Part shown: piece after piece, positions 39,070 through 49,270 of the stretch | Position numbering within the stretch: position 1 is the first letter of the stretch | How the letters are laid out: every line of letters starts with the position of its first letter | Assembly: GCA_965215605.1 (NCBI GenBank) | Contig: OZ244070.1 | Location: 3,040,001-3,104,000, forward strand | Reading direction: 5' to 3' | DNA length: 64,000 nucleotides | Source of the DNA: an uncultured Candidatus Binatia bacterium | GTDB lineage: Bacteria; Desulfobacterota; Binatia; UBA9968; JAJDTQ01 | Position numbers and translations under genes: made by a program | The notes under the pieces: generated by a model | What the model was told of the DNA's origin: nothing | Databases searched by the model: none | The model's input: only the letters and a program-made list of their open reading frames with translations

Positions 39070-39594
39070 TCAGGCCTTGAGGATGCTGTTGGGATGCTGC
39101 TCATCCGGTTCCCCGCCCGGTCCCATGCGGAAAGTCCTGGCCTTGTCCACCACGAGCTGGCCGTCTTCCGCCACGGCGATCTCGAAGCGGTCCAACGGTC
39201 GGGGCGCCGGCCCCTCGAAGTTCAGGCCCGACTTGAAGAAGCCGCTGCCGTGGCAGGGGCACTTGAACTTGCTTTCGGCGGAGAGCCAGCGCGGCGTGCA
39301 CCCGAGATGCGTGCACACGGAGGAGAGGGCGTAGAAACCCGCCTCCTCACGTACGATCCACACGCGAAAATCCTTCTTGAACTTCTCGCTTACCTCGCCG
39401 ATGGCGTAGTCGGATGGAAAGCCGGCCTTGAACGTGGTGGGCGGCATGAAGAGCACCCGCGGAAACGCCGACCGCATGAAACCGAAGAGGGAGACCAGGG
39501 AGAATACCCCGAACCCCGACCAGCCGAGGCGGCCGAAGAAGTCCCGGCGGCTCCAGATGCCTCGCTTTATTTCCCGTTTCTCGTTGGTGGCCAT
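39070..39594 (-). CDS. Rieske 2Fe-2S protein (QcrA/PetC-like)
   Basis: SRRDFF Tat motif plus TM helix; CTHLGC, CPCHGS and GPAPRPL. Confidence 0.9.
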   Translation of the reverse strand: MATNEKREIKRGIWSRRDFFGRLGWSGFGVFSLVSLFGFMRSAFPRVLFMPPTTFKAGFPSDYAIGEVSEKFKKDFRVWIVREEAGFYALSSVCTHLGCTPRWLSAESKFKCPCHGSGFFKSGLNFEGPAPRPLDRFEIAVAEDGQLVVDKARTFRMGPGGEPDEQHPNSILKA

Positions 39595-39699
39595 CGCATC
39601 TCTGCTGAACCAGCCTATCACCACCCGCCGACTATGCAAGCCCGAAGGTCCTACTATTTGACGTCCTCTTTCGAGGACCGCCAACGCGCTCGCTCGAGG

Positions 39700-40590
39700 T
39701 CACCAGTTGAGGGCGACGTTGAAGCGGAGGATGTGCTCGGGTTTTGTGTGGGCGGCCTCCCTTCGGGTGGTCTTGAGGCCGAGTTGGAGATCGGGGGCGT
39801 TCTTGCGGGCCAAGGGGTTGAAGCGCCAGCCCAGGCTGTAGTCGCGGGCGCCGGCGGCGAAGCCGAAGCCGACATGGGGGCTGGCGGCGAAGCGGCCGTC
39901 CAGGACCGGGAAGCCGTAGGCGGCCTCGGCCAGCCAGCGGCTCTCGGCGGTACCGCCCGCGCCGCCGCGGGTATCCAGCGGGTCGGGAGCGAACAGGGCG
40001 TCGATGCCGTCTTTGGCCTGTCCGCCCCAGTCCTGACGAAGTGTCAGGGAGGGGCCGAGAGTGGTTGCCGGGTCGGGGTTGTAGGCCAGGGAGGCGGCAA
40101 AGCCCCGGTCCTTCAGATCGTCGGACCGGTGGGCGAGCAGGGTGCGGCCCTCGACATCGAGGCGGAGGCCCAGGGCGGGGTCGCTCCAGGCAAAGCCGCC
40201 GCCGAGTTCGATGCCGGTGCCGGTCTCGGCATCGCCGCCGTCATGGCGCGCGCCCACTTCGAGCCTGGGCGTCAGATGGCCGTTTTGGTCCAGGGCGATC
40301 TTCCAGCTTCCCTCCAGACCCAGCCTGAGCCGGGTCACGTCGGAGTCCGAGGCCGCGAGGTCCCGGGTCTTGTCCGAAGAGGTCCGCGCCCAGAGCGCGT
40401 CCGACTCAAGCGCGAGCGCCGGCCCGGAGCGCTGCTCCTGCGGGGGCCACAGGTCTCCACGGAGTCCCAACGCCGCCATGGTCCAGGAAACGTCCGACTT
40501 GAACACGCCGCCGACCTCCGGCTTGAGCGTCACCGTGCCGGCGCCGTAGCCTGCCGCCCCCCAGAGCTTCAGCCGCTCGGTGGCCTGAAG
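39700..40590 (-). pseudogene. 5'-truncated autotransporter/adhesin C-terminal beta-barrel
   Basis: LWGAAGYGAG, TRLRLGLEGS, RHDGGDAETG, amphipathic strands and terminal W; no signal peptide or passenger domain. Confidence 0.7.
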
Positions 40591-40909
40591 AGCCTTGCCG
40601 AGGATGTGCGCGTCCTGGACAAGGCCCCGACGCGCCAGAACTGGATAGGCCGGTGCGTCCTGTCCCGGTCCGAAAAAGTCCAAGGCCTCCGAGTCCTTGT
40701 AGCTGTCCGCCGCGGGCCTGGTGACACCGCACCCGGCCAAGTCGGTCTGAAGATCCGGCAGGAACGCCGCGACGGGAACGACGCGGCCGGGAAAATCCAC
40801 AACTGGTCCTGGCGTTGCGCGTCGGCTCACTTGGCACAAGACCGGCGCTCCGTACGCCGAAGGAGTTCGACAAGGGCTTGGAGATCAGAGTCGGCAAGCA
40901 TGAGTAGCC

Positions 40910-41065
40910 GAGTAACCGTTGGGAGTGACAGGCGTAGCTGTCCGTCGCGCCGTCGTAGCGGAACCGGGACTTGGTGAAAAGCCCCTTTTTCTTCATCGGG
41001 GACCGATCCACCGGCTTGGGCACGTGCGGCGTGATCCCGCCCGCCTCGCAGGCTTCTCACCAGCG
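40910..41065 (-). mobile_element. IS1182-like transposase remnant
   Basis: ACEAGGITPHVPKP...GLFTKSRFRYDGATDSYAC segment; no terminal inverted repeats or full ORF seen. Confidence 0.55.
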
Positions 41066-41078
41066 CTCTCGTTCGCGC

Positions 41079-41396
41079 TCATGCGATCCGCGGTGCGGCG
41101 CTCTTTCCCGAAGTATCGGGCCTAGTCGGCAGATGGCGGATCTGGGCGCCCGTTTCCCTGTCCGCCTGAACCAGGTCGTACTGTGCCTGAAGGTTAAGCC
41201 AGAACTGAGGCTCGACACCGAACCAGTGGCCGAAGCGTAGTGCGGTGTCGCCGGTGACCGAACGTTTGCCTGCGAGGATCTGGCTCACCCGGTTGGCGGG
41301 CACCTCGATCTGCCGCGCCAACTCCGTTGGGGTGATTCCCAGTTCTTCCAGCTCGCCCTTCAGGACCTCACCGGGATGGACAGCTCTCATGAACAT
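41079..41396 (-). CDS. higA: HigA antitoxin
   Basis: HPGEVL, HTH, DTALRFGHWFG and FWLNLQAQYDL. Confidence 0.92.
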   Translation of the reverse strand: MFMRAVHPGEVLKGELEELGITPTELARQIEVPANRVSQILAGKRSVTGDTALRFGHWFGVEPQFWLNLQAQYDLVQADRETGAQIRHLPTRPDTSGKSAAPRIA

Positions 41397-41412
41397 ACCG
41401 TCCTCCTCCTTC

Positions 41413-41700
41413 TCATCCGTGGTAGTCGACGATCTCAACGTTGTCCGGTCCCGCATGCCCGTCCGGCCACTCGAAACACAGTCTCCATTGCCGATTGATG
41501 CGAATGGAGTACTGGCCCTTCCTGTCACCCCGGAGGGCTTCGAGGTGGTTTCCCGGCAAGGAACGCAGGGTATCGAGCGAAGGCGCGGCGTTCAGGATGG
41601 CGAGCCGTCTTGCTGCTTGGTCGTCGAAGCTCCGGAACGCCCTGACTGACCGCCCTTCGGCAAACCCTCGTGTCTTTCTGTCTCGATAGCCGAGGATCAT
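41413..41700 (-). CDS. higB: HigB toxin
   Basis: LEALRGDRKGQYSIRINRQWRLCF and EIVDYH; toxin-first gene order. Confidence 0.92.
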   Translation of the reverse strand: MILGYRDRKTRGFAEGRSVRAFRSFDDQAARRLAILNAAPSLDTLRSLPGNHLEALRGDRKGQYSIRINRQWRLCFEWPDGHAGPDNVEIVDYHG

Positions 41701-41719
41701 CTCCTGTCAAGATGACAAG

Positions 41720-41890
41720 CTAGACGATGTACGTCAAGGGTACACTGTCCATAGCGAGCCTATCTGCGGCGACTTCCTTGGCGAAGGAATCGTAGGGAAG
41801 CAAACACTCGGCGGCGAATACATCGCAAAGGATCTCTTCCTCGGGTCGCTGTCGATAGCGCAGAAGCTGAGGCAGTCGATCTACAGGGAA
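41720..41890 (-). pseudogene. ImmA/IrrE metalloprotease fragment
   Basis: EEILCDVFAAECLLP motif without the upstream HExxH region. Confidence 0.45.
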
Positions 41891-42054
41891 GGAGCATCGA
41901 AAGTTGCTGCGTTTCGGAGGACCTGCTAGACAGAGGCGCGCCTGGACGCGCACAAACTGTAATGAATCCGCTTACAGTATGCTTACGTCGAGGATTGTGC
42001 CCTTGGGCGATCCGCAGGTCAGATTCCTAAAAAATAACTATATATCAATTAGTT

Positions 42055-44172
42055 ATGAGTGATACCCAGGGTCGATACATGGTCGGTGTGGATATCGGCG
42101 GCACCTTTACCGACTGTGTCGCCATGGACGCCCGCGGCACGGTGACCGTGGGCAAGTCCCTTTCCACGCCAGACGACTACTCCATCGGCGCCCTGAACGC
42201 GGTGCGGAACGCCGCCGAGAGTCTGGGGCTGGCGGACGAGGCCGAGCTTCTCGGCTCCACCCGGCTGTTCTTCCACGCCTGCACCATCGGCGACAACGCC
42301 CTCATCACGGGGTCCGGGGCGGTGACCGGACTGATCACCACCAAGGGCTTCGCCGACACCCTTCGCATCATGCGCGGGCGGTTCACCGACGGCGTCCCGG
42401 AGTCGGAGATCTTCCATCTCGCCACCCTTGACAAGCCTGCGCCCATGGTGCCGCGAGCGCTCATCAAGGAGGTGGACGAGCGGGTGGACTATAAAGGCTC
42501 GGTCCTCGTCCGGCTCGATCCGGCGCAGGTGGGGAAGGCCGTGGCCGAGCTGGAATCGAGCGGCGTGGAAGCCATCGCCGTGAGCCTCATCTGGTCCGTG
42601 GCCGACGACCGGCACGAACGGGCCATCGCCGGGATGGTCGCGGAAAGGTACCCCGGGATATTCCTCAGCCTGTCCAGCGAAGTGGCGCCCTACCTGGGCG
42701 AGTACGAGCGCACCGCCACCACCGTGTTCAACGCCTCCATCGGGCCGAGGATCTCCACCTACGTCAAGCGCCTGGGAGGCCGGCTGCGGGAGACGGGCCT
42801 CGATGGCGAGCCGCTCATCATGCAGTCCTACGGCGGCGTCCTGGGGGTGGAGGCCACCGCCCGCAACGCCATCGGCACCATCGAGTCGGGACCTGCCGCC
42901 GGGGTCTCCGGCAGCGCCTGGCTCGGCCGCCTCATGGACTTGCCCGACATTCTGGCCACGGACATGGGCGGCACCACCTTCAAGGTCAGCGTGATCCGGG
43001 ACGGTGCCATCGAGATGGACTACAAGCCGGTGCTGCTGCGCCATCAGATCTACGCCACCAAGATCTGGGTGGAGTCCATCGGCGCCGGGGGCGGCAGCAT
43101 CGCCTGGACCGATCCCAAGACAGGGCTGCTCAAGGTGGGGCCGGAGGGGGCGGGGGCGCAGCCCGGACCCGCCTGCTACGGTCTGGGGGGCGCCGAGCCC
43201 ACGGTGTCCGACGCGGACCTTGTGCTGGGCTACCTCAATCCGGATTACTTCCTGGGCGGGCGCATGTCGCTGGATGCGGAACAGGCGCGCCGCGCCGTCG
43301 AGCAGAGGGTCGCCGTGCCCCTGGGCCTGTCCGTGGAAGCGGCGGCCGCCGGCATCTTCCGCATCATCAATGCGCACATGAGCGACCTCATCCGGCGCGC
43401 CACGGTGGAGCGCGGCTACGATCCCCGGGACTTCACCCTGTTCGCGTTCGGCGGCGCCGGGCCGGTGCACGCGGCCCGCTACGCGGCGGAGCTGGGCATC
43501 AAGCAGGTGGTGGTGCCGCTCACGGCGTCGGTGCACAGCGCCACTGGTCTGGTCAGCTCGGACATCGTCTACCAGTACGGCAAGTCGGACCGGTTGCTGG
43601 TGCCGGCGGACCGCGAGCGCGTCAACCGGAACTTCGACGAGCTGGCGCGGCGCGCCCGCGCGGACCTGGCGGCGGCCGGCTTCGAGGGCGACGGCGTCCG
43701 GGTCGAGCGAAGCCTCGACATGCGGTATCGGTACCAAGTGCACGAGTTGAACGTGGGCATGCCCGAAGGCGCGGAGCCGCTATCGGAGCAGGAGCTGGAG
43801 GGCGTGTACGAACGTTTCGACGGCCTGTACGAACGGACCTACGGCCCCGGCTCCGGCTACCGCGAGGCCGGCAAGGAGATCATGAACTTCCGGCTCACCG
43901 CCACCGGCATGCTCGACAAGCCCCGGCTGCAACGGTATCCGTTGTCGTCGGGCCACCCGGACGGCGCCGTCACGGGACGCCGGAAGGTCCACTTCGAAGA
44001 GTTCGCGGAGGCGCGCGAGACCCCGGTGTACGGCTTCGAATCCTTGCAACCCGGGAACGAGATCGCAGGTCCGGCCGTTATCGAGACGCCGGTGACCACC
44101 ATCCTGGTCAACCCCGGCGACCGGGCGGTCATGGACGAGTATCGGAATATCCGGCTGCTCATCGGGAGCTGA
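42055..44172 (+). CDS. Hydantoinase/oxoprolinase A subunit (AcxA/HyuA-like)
   Basis: VDIGGTFTD, ESGPAAG, DMGGTT, IGAGGGS and FGGAG. Confidence 0.93.
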   Translation: MSDTQGRYMVGVDIGGTFTDCVAMDARGTVTVGKSLSTPDDYSIGALNAVRNAAESLGLADEAELLGSTRLFFHACTIGDNALITGSGAVTGLITTKGFADTLRIMRGRFTDGVPESEIFHLATLDKPAPMVPRALIKEVDERVDYKGSVLVRLDPAQVGKAVAELESSGVEAIAVSLIWSVADDRHERAIAGMVAERYPGIFLSLSSEVAPYLGEYERTATTVFNASIGPRISTYVKRLGGRLRETGLDGEPLIMQSYGGVLGVEATARNAIGTIESGPAAGVSGSAWLGRLMDLPDILATDMGGTTFKVSVIRDGAIEMDYKPVLLRHQIYATKIWVESIGAGGGSIAWTDPKTGLLKVGPEGAGAQPGPACYGLGGAEPTVSDADLVLGYLNPDYFLGGRMSLDAEQARRAVEQRVAVPLGLSVEAAAAGIFRIINAHMSDLIRRATVERGYDPRDFTLFAFGGAGPVHAARYAAELGIKQVVVPLTASVHSATGLVSSDIVYQYGKSDRLLVPADRERVNRNFDELARRARADLAAAGFEGDGVRVERSLDMRYRYQVHELNVGMPEGAEPLSEQELEGVYERFDGLYERTYGPGSGYREAGKEIMNFRLTATGMLDKPRLQRYPLSSGHPDGAVTGRRKVHFEEFAEARETPVYGFESLQPGNEIAGPAVIETPVTTILVNPGDRAVMDEYRNIRLLIGS

Positions 44173-44183
44173 GAAAGGGCGCC

Positions 44184-46232
44184 ATGGACACCCGAATCCG
44201 CGGCATCGATCCGGTGACCTTCGAGATCCTGTCGCACCGGCTGCACCAGGTGACCCGTGAGATGGGAATCACCCTGGAGCGCACCGGCGGCACCGTCAAC
44301 ACCACGCAGCAGCGGGACTACATGGCGTCTCTATACCGCCCGGACGGGGAGATCCTTTCCGCCGGCGCGACCCTCGGCCAGCACGTGGTCTGCGCCAGCT
44401 ACGCGGTGAAGCGGATCATCGAGCGTTTTCCGCCGGAGGATGTCTTCGAGGACGACGTCTTCCTCTTGAACGATCCCTACCTGGCCGCCATCCACCAGTC
44501 CGACGTCTACGTCATCGCGCCGGTCCACGACCGGGGGCGGCTGGTGGCATGGAGCGCGACCTTCGTCCACGTAAACGACGTCGGTGCCATGTCGCCGGGG
44601 GGAGACTCGCCGGACGCCACCGAGATCTTTCACGAGGGGTTGCGGGTCCCCGGCATCAAGCTGGTGGAGCGGGGCAGGCTGCGCCAGGACGTGTTCGACA
44701 CCCTGACCAACATGACCCGCCAGCCGGGCATGGTGGGCCTGGATTTCAAGTGTGAGATCGCCGCCAACAACGTGGCCAAGGCGCGGCTCGGCGAGATGTA
44801 TGACCACTACGGGCCGGAGCTTCTGGAATCGGTGGGCAACGAGATGGTCCGCTACACCGAGGCCATCCTCCGGGAACGGATCGCGTCGTTCGAGGACGGC
44901 GAGTGGACCGAAGAGCTCGCGCTGGAGGCCCAGGACACCTGGCGCATGAAGGTGACGTTGCGCAAGCGCGGCGACCGGCTCGTCTTCGACTTCACCGGCA
45001 CCGACCCCCAGGCATTGACCGGCGTCAACCTGCCGTTCCACGGCACCGCCGGCTTCTGCTTTGCCGCGGTGCTGACCACCCTCGTGTACGATCTCCCCAA
45101 GAACCACGGCGTGCTGCGGCCGCTGGAGGTCATCGCCCCCGAGGGGACGCTGGTGAACGTCAGGTACCCCGGTCCGGTGTCCATGAACACCACGTCCTGC
45201 GGCTTCGGCGTCGGCTTCCTGGCCAGCTCGGTGCTGATGCAGATGCTCGGCACCCACGAGAGCTGGAAGGACGAAATCGTCACCCCCAACGCCAGCCACC
45301 GGAACGGCAAGCACTCCGGGGTGAACCAGTACGGGCGCTACTGCGTGTTCAACCTCGCCCACGGCGCCATGGACGGCAACGGCGCCCGCGCCCACGCCGA
45401 CGGCATCGACTCCGGCGGCAACTACATGAACTGTCCCAACGCGGAATGGTTCGAGCTCAATTTCCCGGTGCTCTACCTGTTCCGCCGCCACGCGACGGAC
45501 TCCGCGGGTCCCGGGAAGTATCGCGGCGGGTTGGCGGTGGAGACCGCCCACACGCCCCACGACGTGCCCGAGGGAAGGTTGGGCGGCGTCGCCTACGGCG
45601 TGGCCGGGCTCCGCAACTCCGGCCACGGCATGTACGGCGGCTATCCCGGGGCTCCCAGCGTCATCGTGCTCAGGGAGGGCACCCGCGTCCGCGAGGTGAT
45701 GGCTCGGGACCGCAATGCGGTGGACCTCGACGAGGTGGGCGGGCGGGAGCGGGTGCTCCCGTATTGCAACTTCGGGTTCAACGAAGGGGACGTCCTCTAC
45801 ATGCGGGTGGCCAGCGGCGGCGGCTACGGAGATCCGTTGACCCGGGAGCCCGGCCGGGTGCGGGCGGACGTGGTGGACGGCGTGGTCTCCGCGGGTGCGG
45901 CAGGGGACCTCTACGGTGTGACGTTCAAGCCCGGGACCCGGGAGGTGGATCCCGATGCTACCGACGCGTTGCGTCGGCGCCTCGGAGGCGGAAAGGCCGA
46001 GTTTCGCGATACGCCGGACGAGGCGAATGGCGACCACGGGGCGTCCTGCCCCCGGTGTTCGTCCATGCCCGCGAACACGGAAGCAAAGGGCGCGGCCGAA
46101 GCGCGGGTCTTTCCGCCTACGGAAGCCGGGCCGCTCATGGTGGACCTGGAAGGGCGTTACCTGTTCGAGAAGGTCTACTGCGGCTCGTGCAACGCTCTGA
46201 TCAGGGCCCATATGGTGCCGGAAGAACGCTGA
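44184..46232 (+). CDS. Hydantoinase/oxoprolinase B subunit with C-terminal Cys4 domain
   Basis: LNDPY..AIHQSD, HVNDVG, DSAGPGKYRGG and GGGYGDP; tail has CPRC...CGSC. Confidence 0.9.
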   Translation: MDTRIRGIDPVTFEILSHRLHQVTREMGITLERTGGTVNTTQQRDYMASLYRPDGEILSAGATLGQHVVCASYAVKRIIERFPPEDVFEDDVFLLNDPYLAAIHQSDVYVIAPVHDRGRLVAWSATFVHVNDVGAMSPGGDSPDATEIFHEGLRVPGIKLVERGRLRQDVFDTLTNMTRQPGMVGLDFKCEIAANNVAKARLGEMYDHYGPELLESVGNEMVRYTEAILRERIASFEDGEWTEELALEAQDTWRMKVTLRKRGDRLVFDFTGTDPQALTGVNLPFHGTAGFCFAAVLTTLVYDLPKNHGVLRPLEVIAPEGTLVNVRYPGPVSMNTTSCGFGVGFLASSVLMQMLGTHESWKDEIVTPNASHRNGKHSGVNQYGRYCVFNLAHGAMDGNGARAHADGIDSGGNYMNCPNAEWFELNFPVLYLFRRHATDSAGPGKYRGGLAVETAHTPHDVPEGRLGGVAYGVAGLRNSGHGMYGGYPGAPSVIVLREGTRVREVMARDRNAVDLDEVGGRERVLPYCNFGFNEGDVLYMRVASGGGYGDPLTREPGRVRADVVDGVVSAGAAGDLYGVTFKPGTREVDPDATDALRRRLGGGKAEFRDTPDEANGDHGASCPRCSSMPANTEAKGAAEARVFPPTEAGPLMVDLEGRYLFEKVYCGSCNALIRAHMVPEER

Positions 46233-46243
46233 CCTGTCCGACA

Positions 46244-46278
46244 CCCGTCCCCGCCCCTGGACCCCGGGGCGGGGCGGG
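46244..46278. terminator. GC-rich hairpin between convergent operons
   Basis: CCCGTCCCCGCCCC-N8-GGGGCGGGGCGGG; no U-tract. Confidence 0.45.
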
Positions 46279-46284
46279 AGCGCC

Positions 46285-47400
46285 TCAGAACCCGAACTGC
46301 GCCATGTCGACTTCGGCGCCGCTCTTGCGGCACTCGTCCTCGAACACCCGATGGATCTCGGGGTCCTGGTCCTGGTACTCGATCTGCGCGCCGCCCTTCT
46401 TGACGTCCTCGCCGGTGTCTTTGAGCTCTTCCACCTTGTACTTGAAGCCCCAGGGCTTGAGCGCCAGGTAGCGGGCCGGCTCGGCGCCGTTGTTGAAGTG
46501 CTGGTGCCACCACTGGATGGGCGGCACGAACATGCTCATGCGCCCCCAGTCCACCCGTTTTCTTTGGGCGCCTTCCTCCCACAGGAAGGAATAGCCGGAC
46601 CCGGTCAGCATGATGATGTGGGCGCCCGCGCCGTGGCGGTGGGCCTTCTTGTACTTGCCCACCGGGAACTCCGAGAGGTGCGCGCTCATGGTGTTGTCCA
46701 CGAACTCGAACAGGGTGGTACGGTTGCCGCCGCCGCGCTCCTTGTAGTCCTTGGGCGAGAACTGCCACAGGTCGGCGATGAAATTGGACTCCCACACCCG
46801 GCCCTTCTTCACCCCCTCCAGGTAGCGGCCGGGCTGGCCCCAGTGGTTGGCGTCGCCCTGGTAGCGGTCGCCGAAGGTGAAGGGGTTGTTGAAGATGTAG
46901 TCCAGGTTCCGGTAGCGGTTGATGATGACGTTGGCGTCGGTCAGCGAGATCATCCGCACCGGCTCACGTCCCTGGGCATTGAAGTGTTGAAACCAGGTGT
47001 TGAGCGGGACCGAGAAAAGGCTGCCCTTCTGCCATTCCAGCGTGTGCTTTCGGCCGCCCTCGTTCCACAGGGTGGTGGCGCCCTGGCCGGACAGGATGAA
47101 CACCGCTTCCTCGAACAGGTGGCGCTGCGGCCGGAGCTCCCCTCCCGGCGCGATCTCCTGGATCACCGTGTCGCAGGTGCCGCCGGCGCCGTCGAGGTTG
47201 ACGAACGCCCCCTTGCCGCCGGTGCGCGTCCAGTCGCCGAGCTCCAGCTCCAGCAGGTCGTCGACGATGAATCCCTTGTACACGGGAATTCCTTCCCACT
47301 GCTGGTAGATCTCGTAGGGGCTGATGGGGGCGAAGGCCGAGGCTTCGTTGAGGTTCTGTTCCGATCCGTTGGCGGTGTTGGCAGTGGCTGGTTTGCTCAT
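46285..47400 (-). CDS. Bicupin protein, gentisate dioxygenase-related
   Basis: Two cupin repeats: QRHLFEE/WFQHFN and KAHRHGAGAH/WWHQHFN. Confidence 0.8.
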   Translation of the reverse strand: MSKPATANTANGSEQNLNEASAFAPISPYEIYQQWEGIPVYKGFIVDDLLELELGDWTRTGGKGAFVNLDGAGGTCDTVIQEIAPGGELRPQRHLFEEAVFILSGQGATTLWNEGGRKHTLEWQKGSLFSVPLNTWFQHFNAQGREPVRMISLTDANVIINRYRNLDYIFNNPFTFGDRYQGDANHWGQPGRYLEGVKKGRVWESNFIADLWQFSPKDYKERGGGNRTTLFEFVDNTMSAHLSEFPVGKYKKAHRHGAGAHIIMLTGSGYSFLWEEGAQRKRVDWGRMSMFVPPIQWWHQHFNNGAEPARYLALKPWGFKYKVEELKDTGEDVKKGGAQIEYQDQDPEIHRVFEDECRKSGAEVDMAQFGF

Positions 47401-47431
47401 TTCAATTCCTTCCTGCGGGTCAAGGGCCTGG

Positions 47432-48463
47432 TCAGACAGGCTCCTGGCGCCGCTCCTCCCGGTAAAGCCCGAAGGCCTCCTTCACCGGGCGGTCGTTGAC
47501 CGAGAACAGGACGGCTTCGTCCTTGCGGCCGTTCTCGTGCTGGTGCCACGACCACAGCGGCACGGTGAAAAAGTCGCCCTGGCTCCATTCGATGCGCTGG
47601 TCGTCGACGATGGTGGCGCCGCTGCCGCGGAACACGTGATAGATGGTGGTGCTGGTGTGGCGGTGCGAGCGCGTCTTCTCGTCGGGCCGGATCATCTGGA
47701 TCTCGCAGCCGATGGTCCGCAGCGTGAACCCGCCGTTCCGCGGGTTGACGTAGCGCAGCAGCACCCCGTCGCACTCGTCGCCCGGTGTCGAGGCCAAGGC
47801 CTTCAGGGATTCGTAGGTGGTCTCCCACGGATAGCGGAAGGGCGGGTCCGGGAACTCCGAGAGCTGCTCCGGCGGCCGCGCCCAGCCAAACTGGTGCAGG
47901 CTGAAGTCGGGCACGGCTTCCACCGGCTGTTGCTTCTGGCTGAAGGGCTCCACCGCCATGACCTCCAGGGCCTTGAGCAGGGGGCCGTCGTGGCCGTCCA
48001 GCCAGACGATGTTCTCGCCGGTGCCGTTGTAATGGTCGTGCCACGTCCACTGGGGAGTCAGGATCAGGTCGCCGGGATTCATGGTGAAGCGTTCGCCCTC
48101 CACGGTGGTGAAGGCGCCGCCGCCCCTGAGGACGAAGCGCAGCGCGGTCAGGGTATGGCGGTGCGCCTTGGCGATCTCTCCGGGTTTGACCAGTTGGACG
48201 GAGGTGTGCACCGTGTTGGTGGCGCCGGTGACGCCCGGCACGCCGGGATTGAGGAGGCGGATGGTCCGCCGCTCGGACTGCTCCAGGCTGACCAGCTCGC
48301 CGGCTTCCAGCAACCCGTTGTAGATGTCGGTCCACTTCCACAGGTAGGGAACCACCGTGGTCCTGGGCTCGAGGACCTCCCCTTCGTTGCCGGTGATGTT
48401 GGAAGCCCAGAAACCCGCCAACTGCTTGGCAGCCAGATCCTTGTCGAGGTCTTCGAGGCTCAT
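47432..48463 (-). CDS. Gentisate 1,2-dioxygenase-like bicupin
   Basis: ERRTIRLLNPG, AHRHT..ALRFV, WTWHDH, WLDGHD, RYPW and SHRHT/WSWHQH. Confidence 0.85.
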   Translation of the reverse strand: MSLEDLDKDLAAKQLAGFWASNITGNEGEVLEPRTTVVPYLWKWTDIYNGLLEAGELVSLEQSERRTIRLLNPGVPGVTGATNTVHTSVQLVKPGEIAKAHRHTLTALRFVLRGGGAFTTVEGERFTMNPGDLILTPQWTWHDHYNGTGENIVWLDGHDGPLLKALEVMAVEPFSQKQQPVEAVPDFSLHQFGWARPPEQLSEFPDPPFRYPWETTYESLKALASTPGDECDGVLLRYVNPRNGGFTLRTIGCEIQMIRPDEKTRSHRHTSTTIYHVFRGSGATIVDDQRIEWSQGDFFTVPLWSWHQHENGRKDEAVLFSVNDRPVKEAFGLYREERRQEPV

Positions 48464-48516
48464 GGTCGTCTCCCTGCCGCTGCTTGAATGCGGGTGCTGC
48501 TCTGTTTTCCCGGATC

Positions 48517-49224
48517 TCAGCCCTCGATGCGCCGCATGGCGTAGGCCATCCCGCCGCGGTAGGCCCGGTCGATGGCCATGCACTGTCCGGCGGCGCGCAG
48601 CACCGTGTCATAGTCCTCTTGTGTGAGCACGTGCTTGTCGTAAACGCCGTCCATCATGTCCGAATGCTCGGTGTCCGCGGTGGCATGCACGTTCAGCGAT
48701 ATCATCCGCTTCAGGTTGATGCCCAACTCGTTCTCGAACTTCTTGCCGATGCGGTAGGACATTCCTCCGTCCGTGACGATGTCCGGGTTGTTGCGGCGCT
48801 CCAGCATCTGGGAGGAAGTGAACGCGGCCAGCCACGGGCCCTTCATGGCGATGTGGTGCCACGCCAGGAAGGCCGCCTGCGTGATGGGCGGCAGTTCCGC
48901 CTTCTCGAAGTCTTCCGGCTCCAGGCCGATGACCTCGCCCTGTTTGACCGTGAGGGTATAGTGATCCATGTCGCAGCGCGGGTCGTTGATCAGCTCGTCG
49001 CTTTCGTGCTGCCACACCAGCGCCTTGACGTCCAGCGGCGCCCCGCCTTGCACGTAGCCCCAGCAGTCCCGGCGGTTCTTGGTGTAGAGCGCGTTCTGCA
49101 CCACGTAGTAGCGTCCCCGCTCCAGGGTCCAGGGCAGCGACAGCAGATCCTGGAACTCGTCCGTCTCGAACTGGCGTCTGCACATCTCGTTCAGGGTGCT
49201 TTTGAGCTTCGCGATATCCGGCAT
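48517..49224 (-). CDS. Heme-oxygenase-like diiron oxidase, paralogue 2
   Basis: HESDEL...DH, MLE and VHATADTEH candidate ligand set; NRRDCWG motif. Confidence 0.72.
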   Translation of the reverse strand: MPDIAKLKSTLNEMCRRQFETDEFQDLLSLPWTLERGRYYVVQNALYTKNRRDCWGYVQGGAPLDVKALVWQHESDELINDPRCDMDHYTLTVKQGEVIGLEPEDFEKAELPPITQAAFLAWHHIAMKGPWLAAFTSSQMLERRNNPDIVTDGGMSYRIGKKFENELGINLKRMISLNVHATADTEHSDMMDGVYDKHVLTQEDYDTVLRAAGQCMAIDRAYRGGMAYAMRRIEG

Positions 49225-49270
49225 GGTCTCGGACTCCTGTCGGGCGTGTCCGCCGCGGGTGGTCCCCGCT

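Noticed and set aside
41956-42056. Two 7-bp inverted repeats upstream of the hydantoinase A gene
   Set aside because: Short arms in AT-rich DNA and no regulator nearby; cannot be distinguished from chance.
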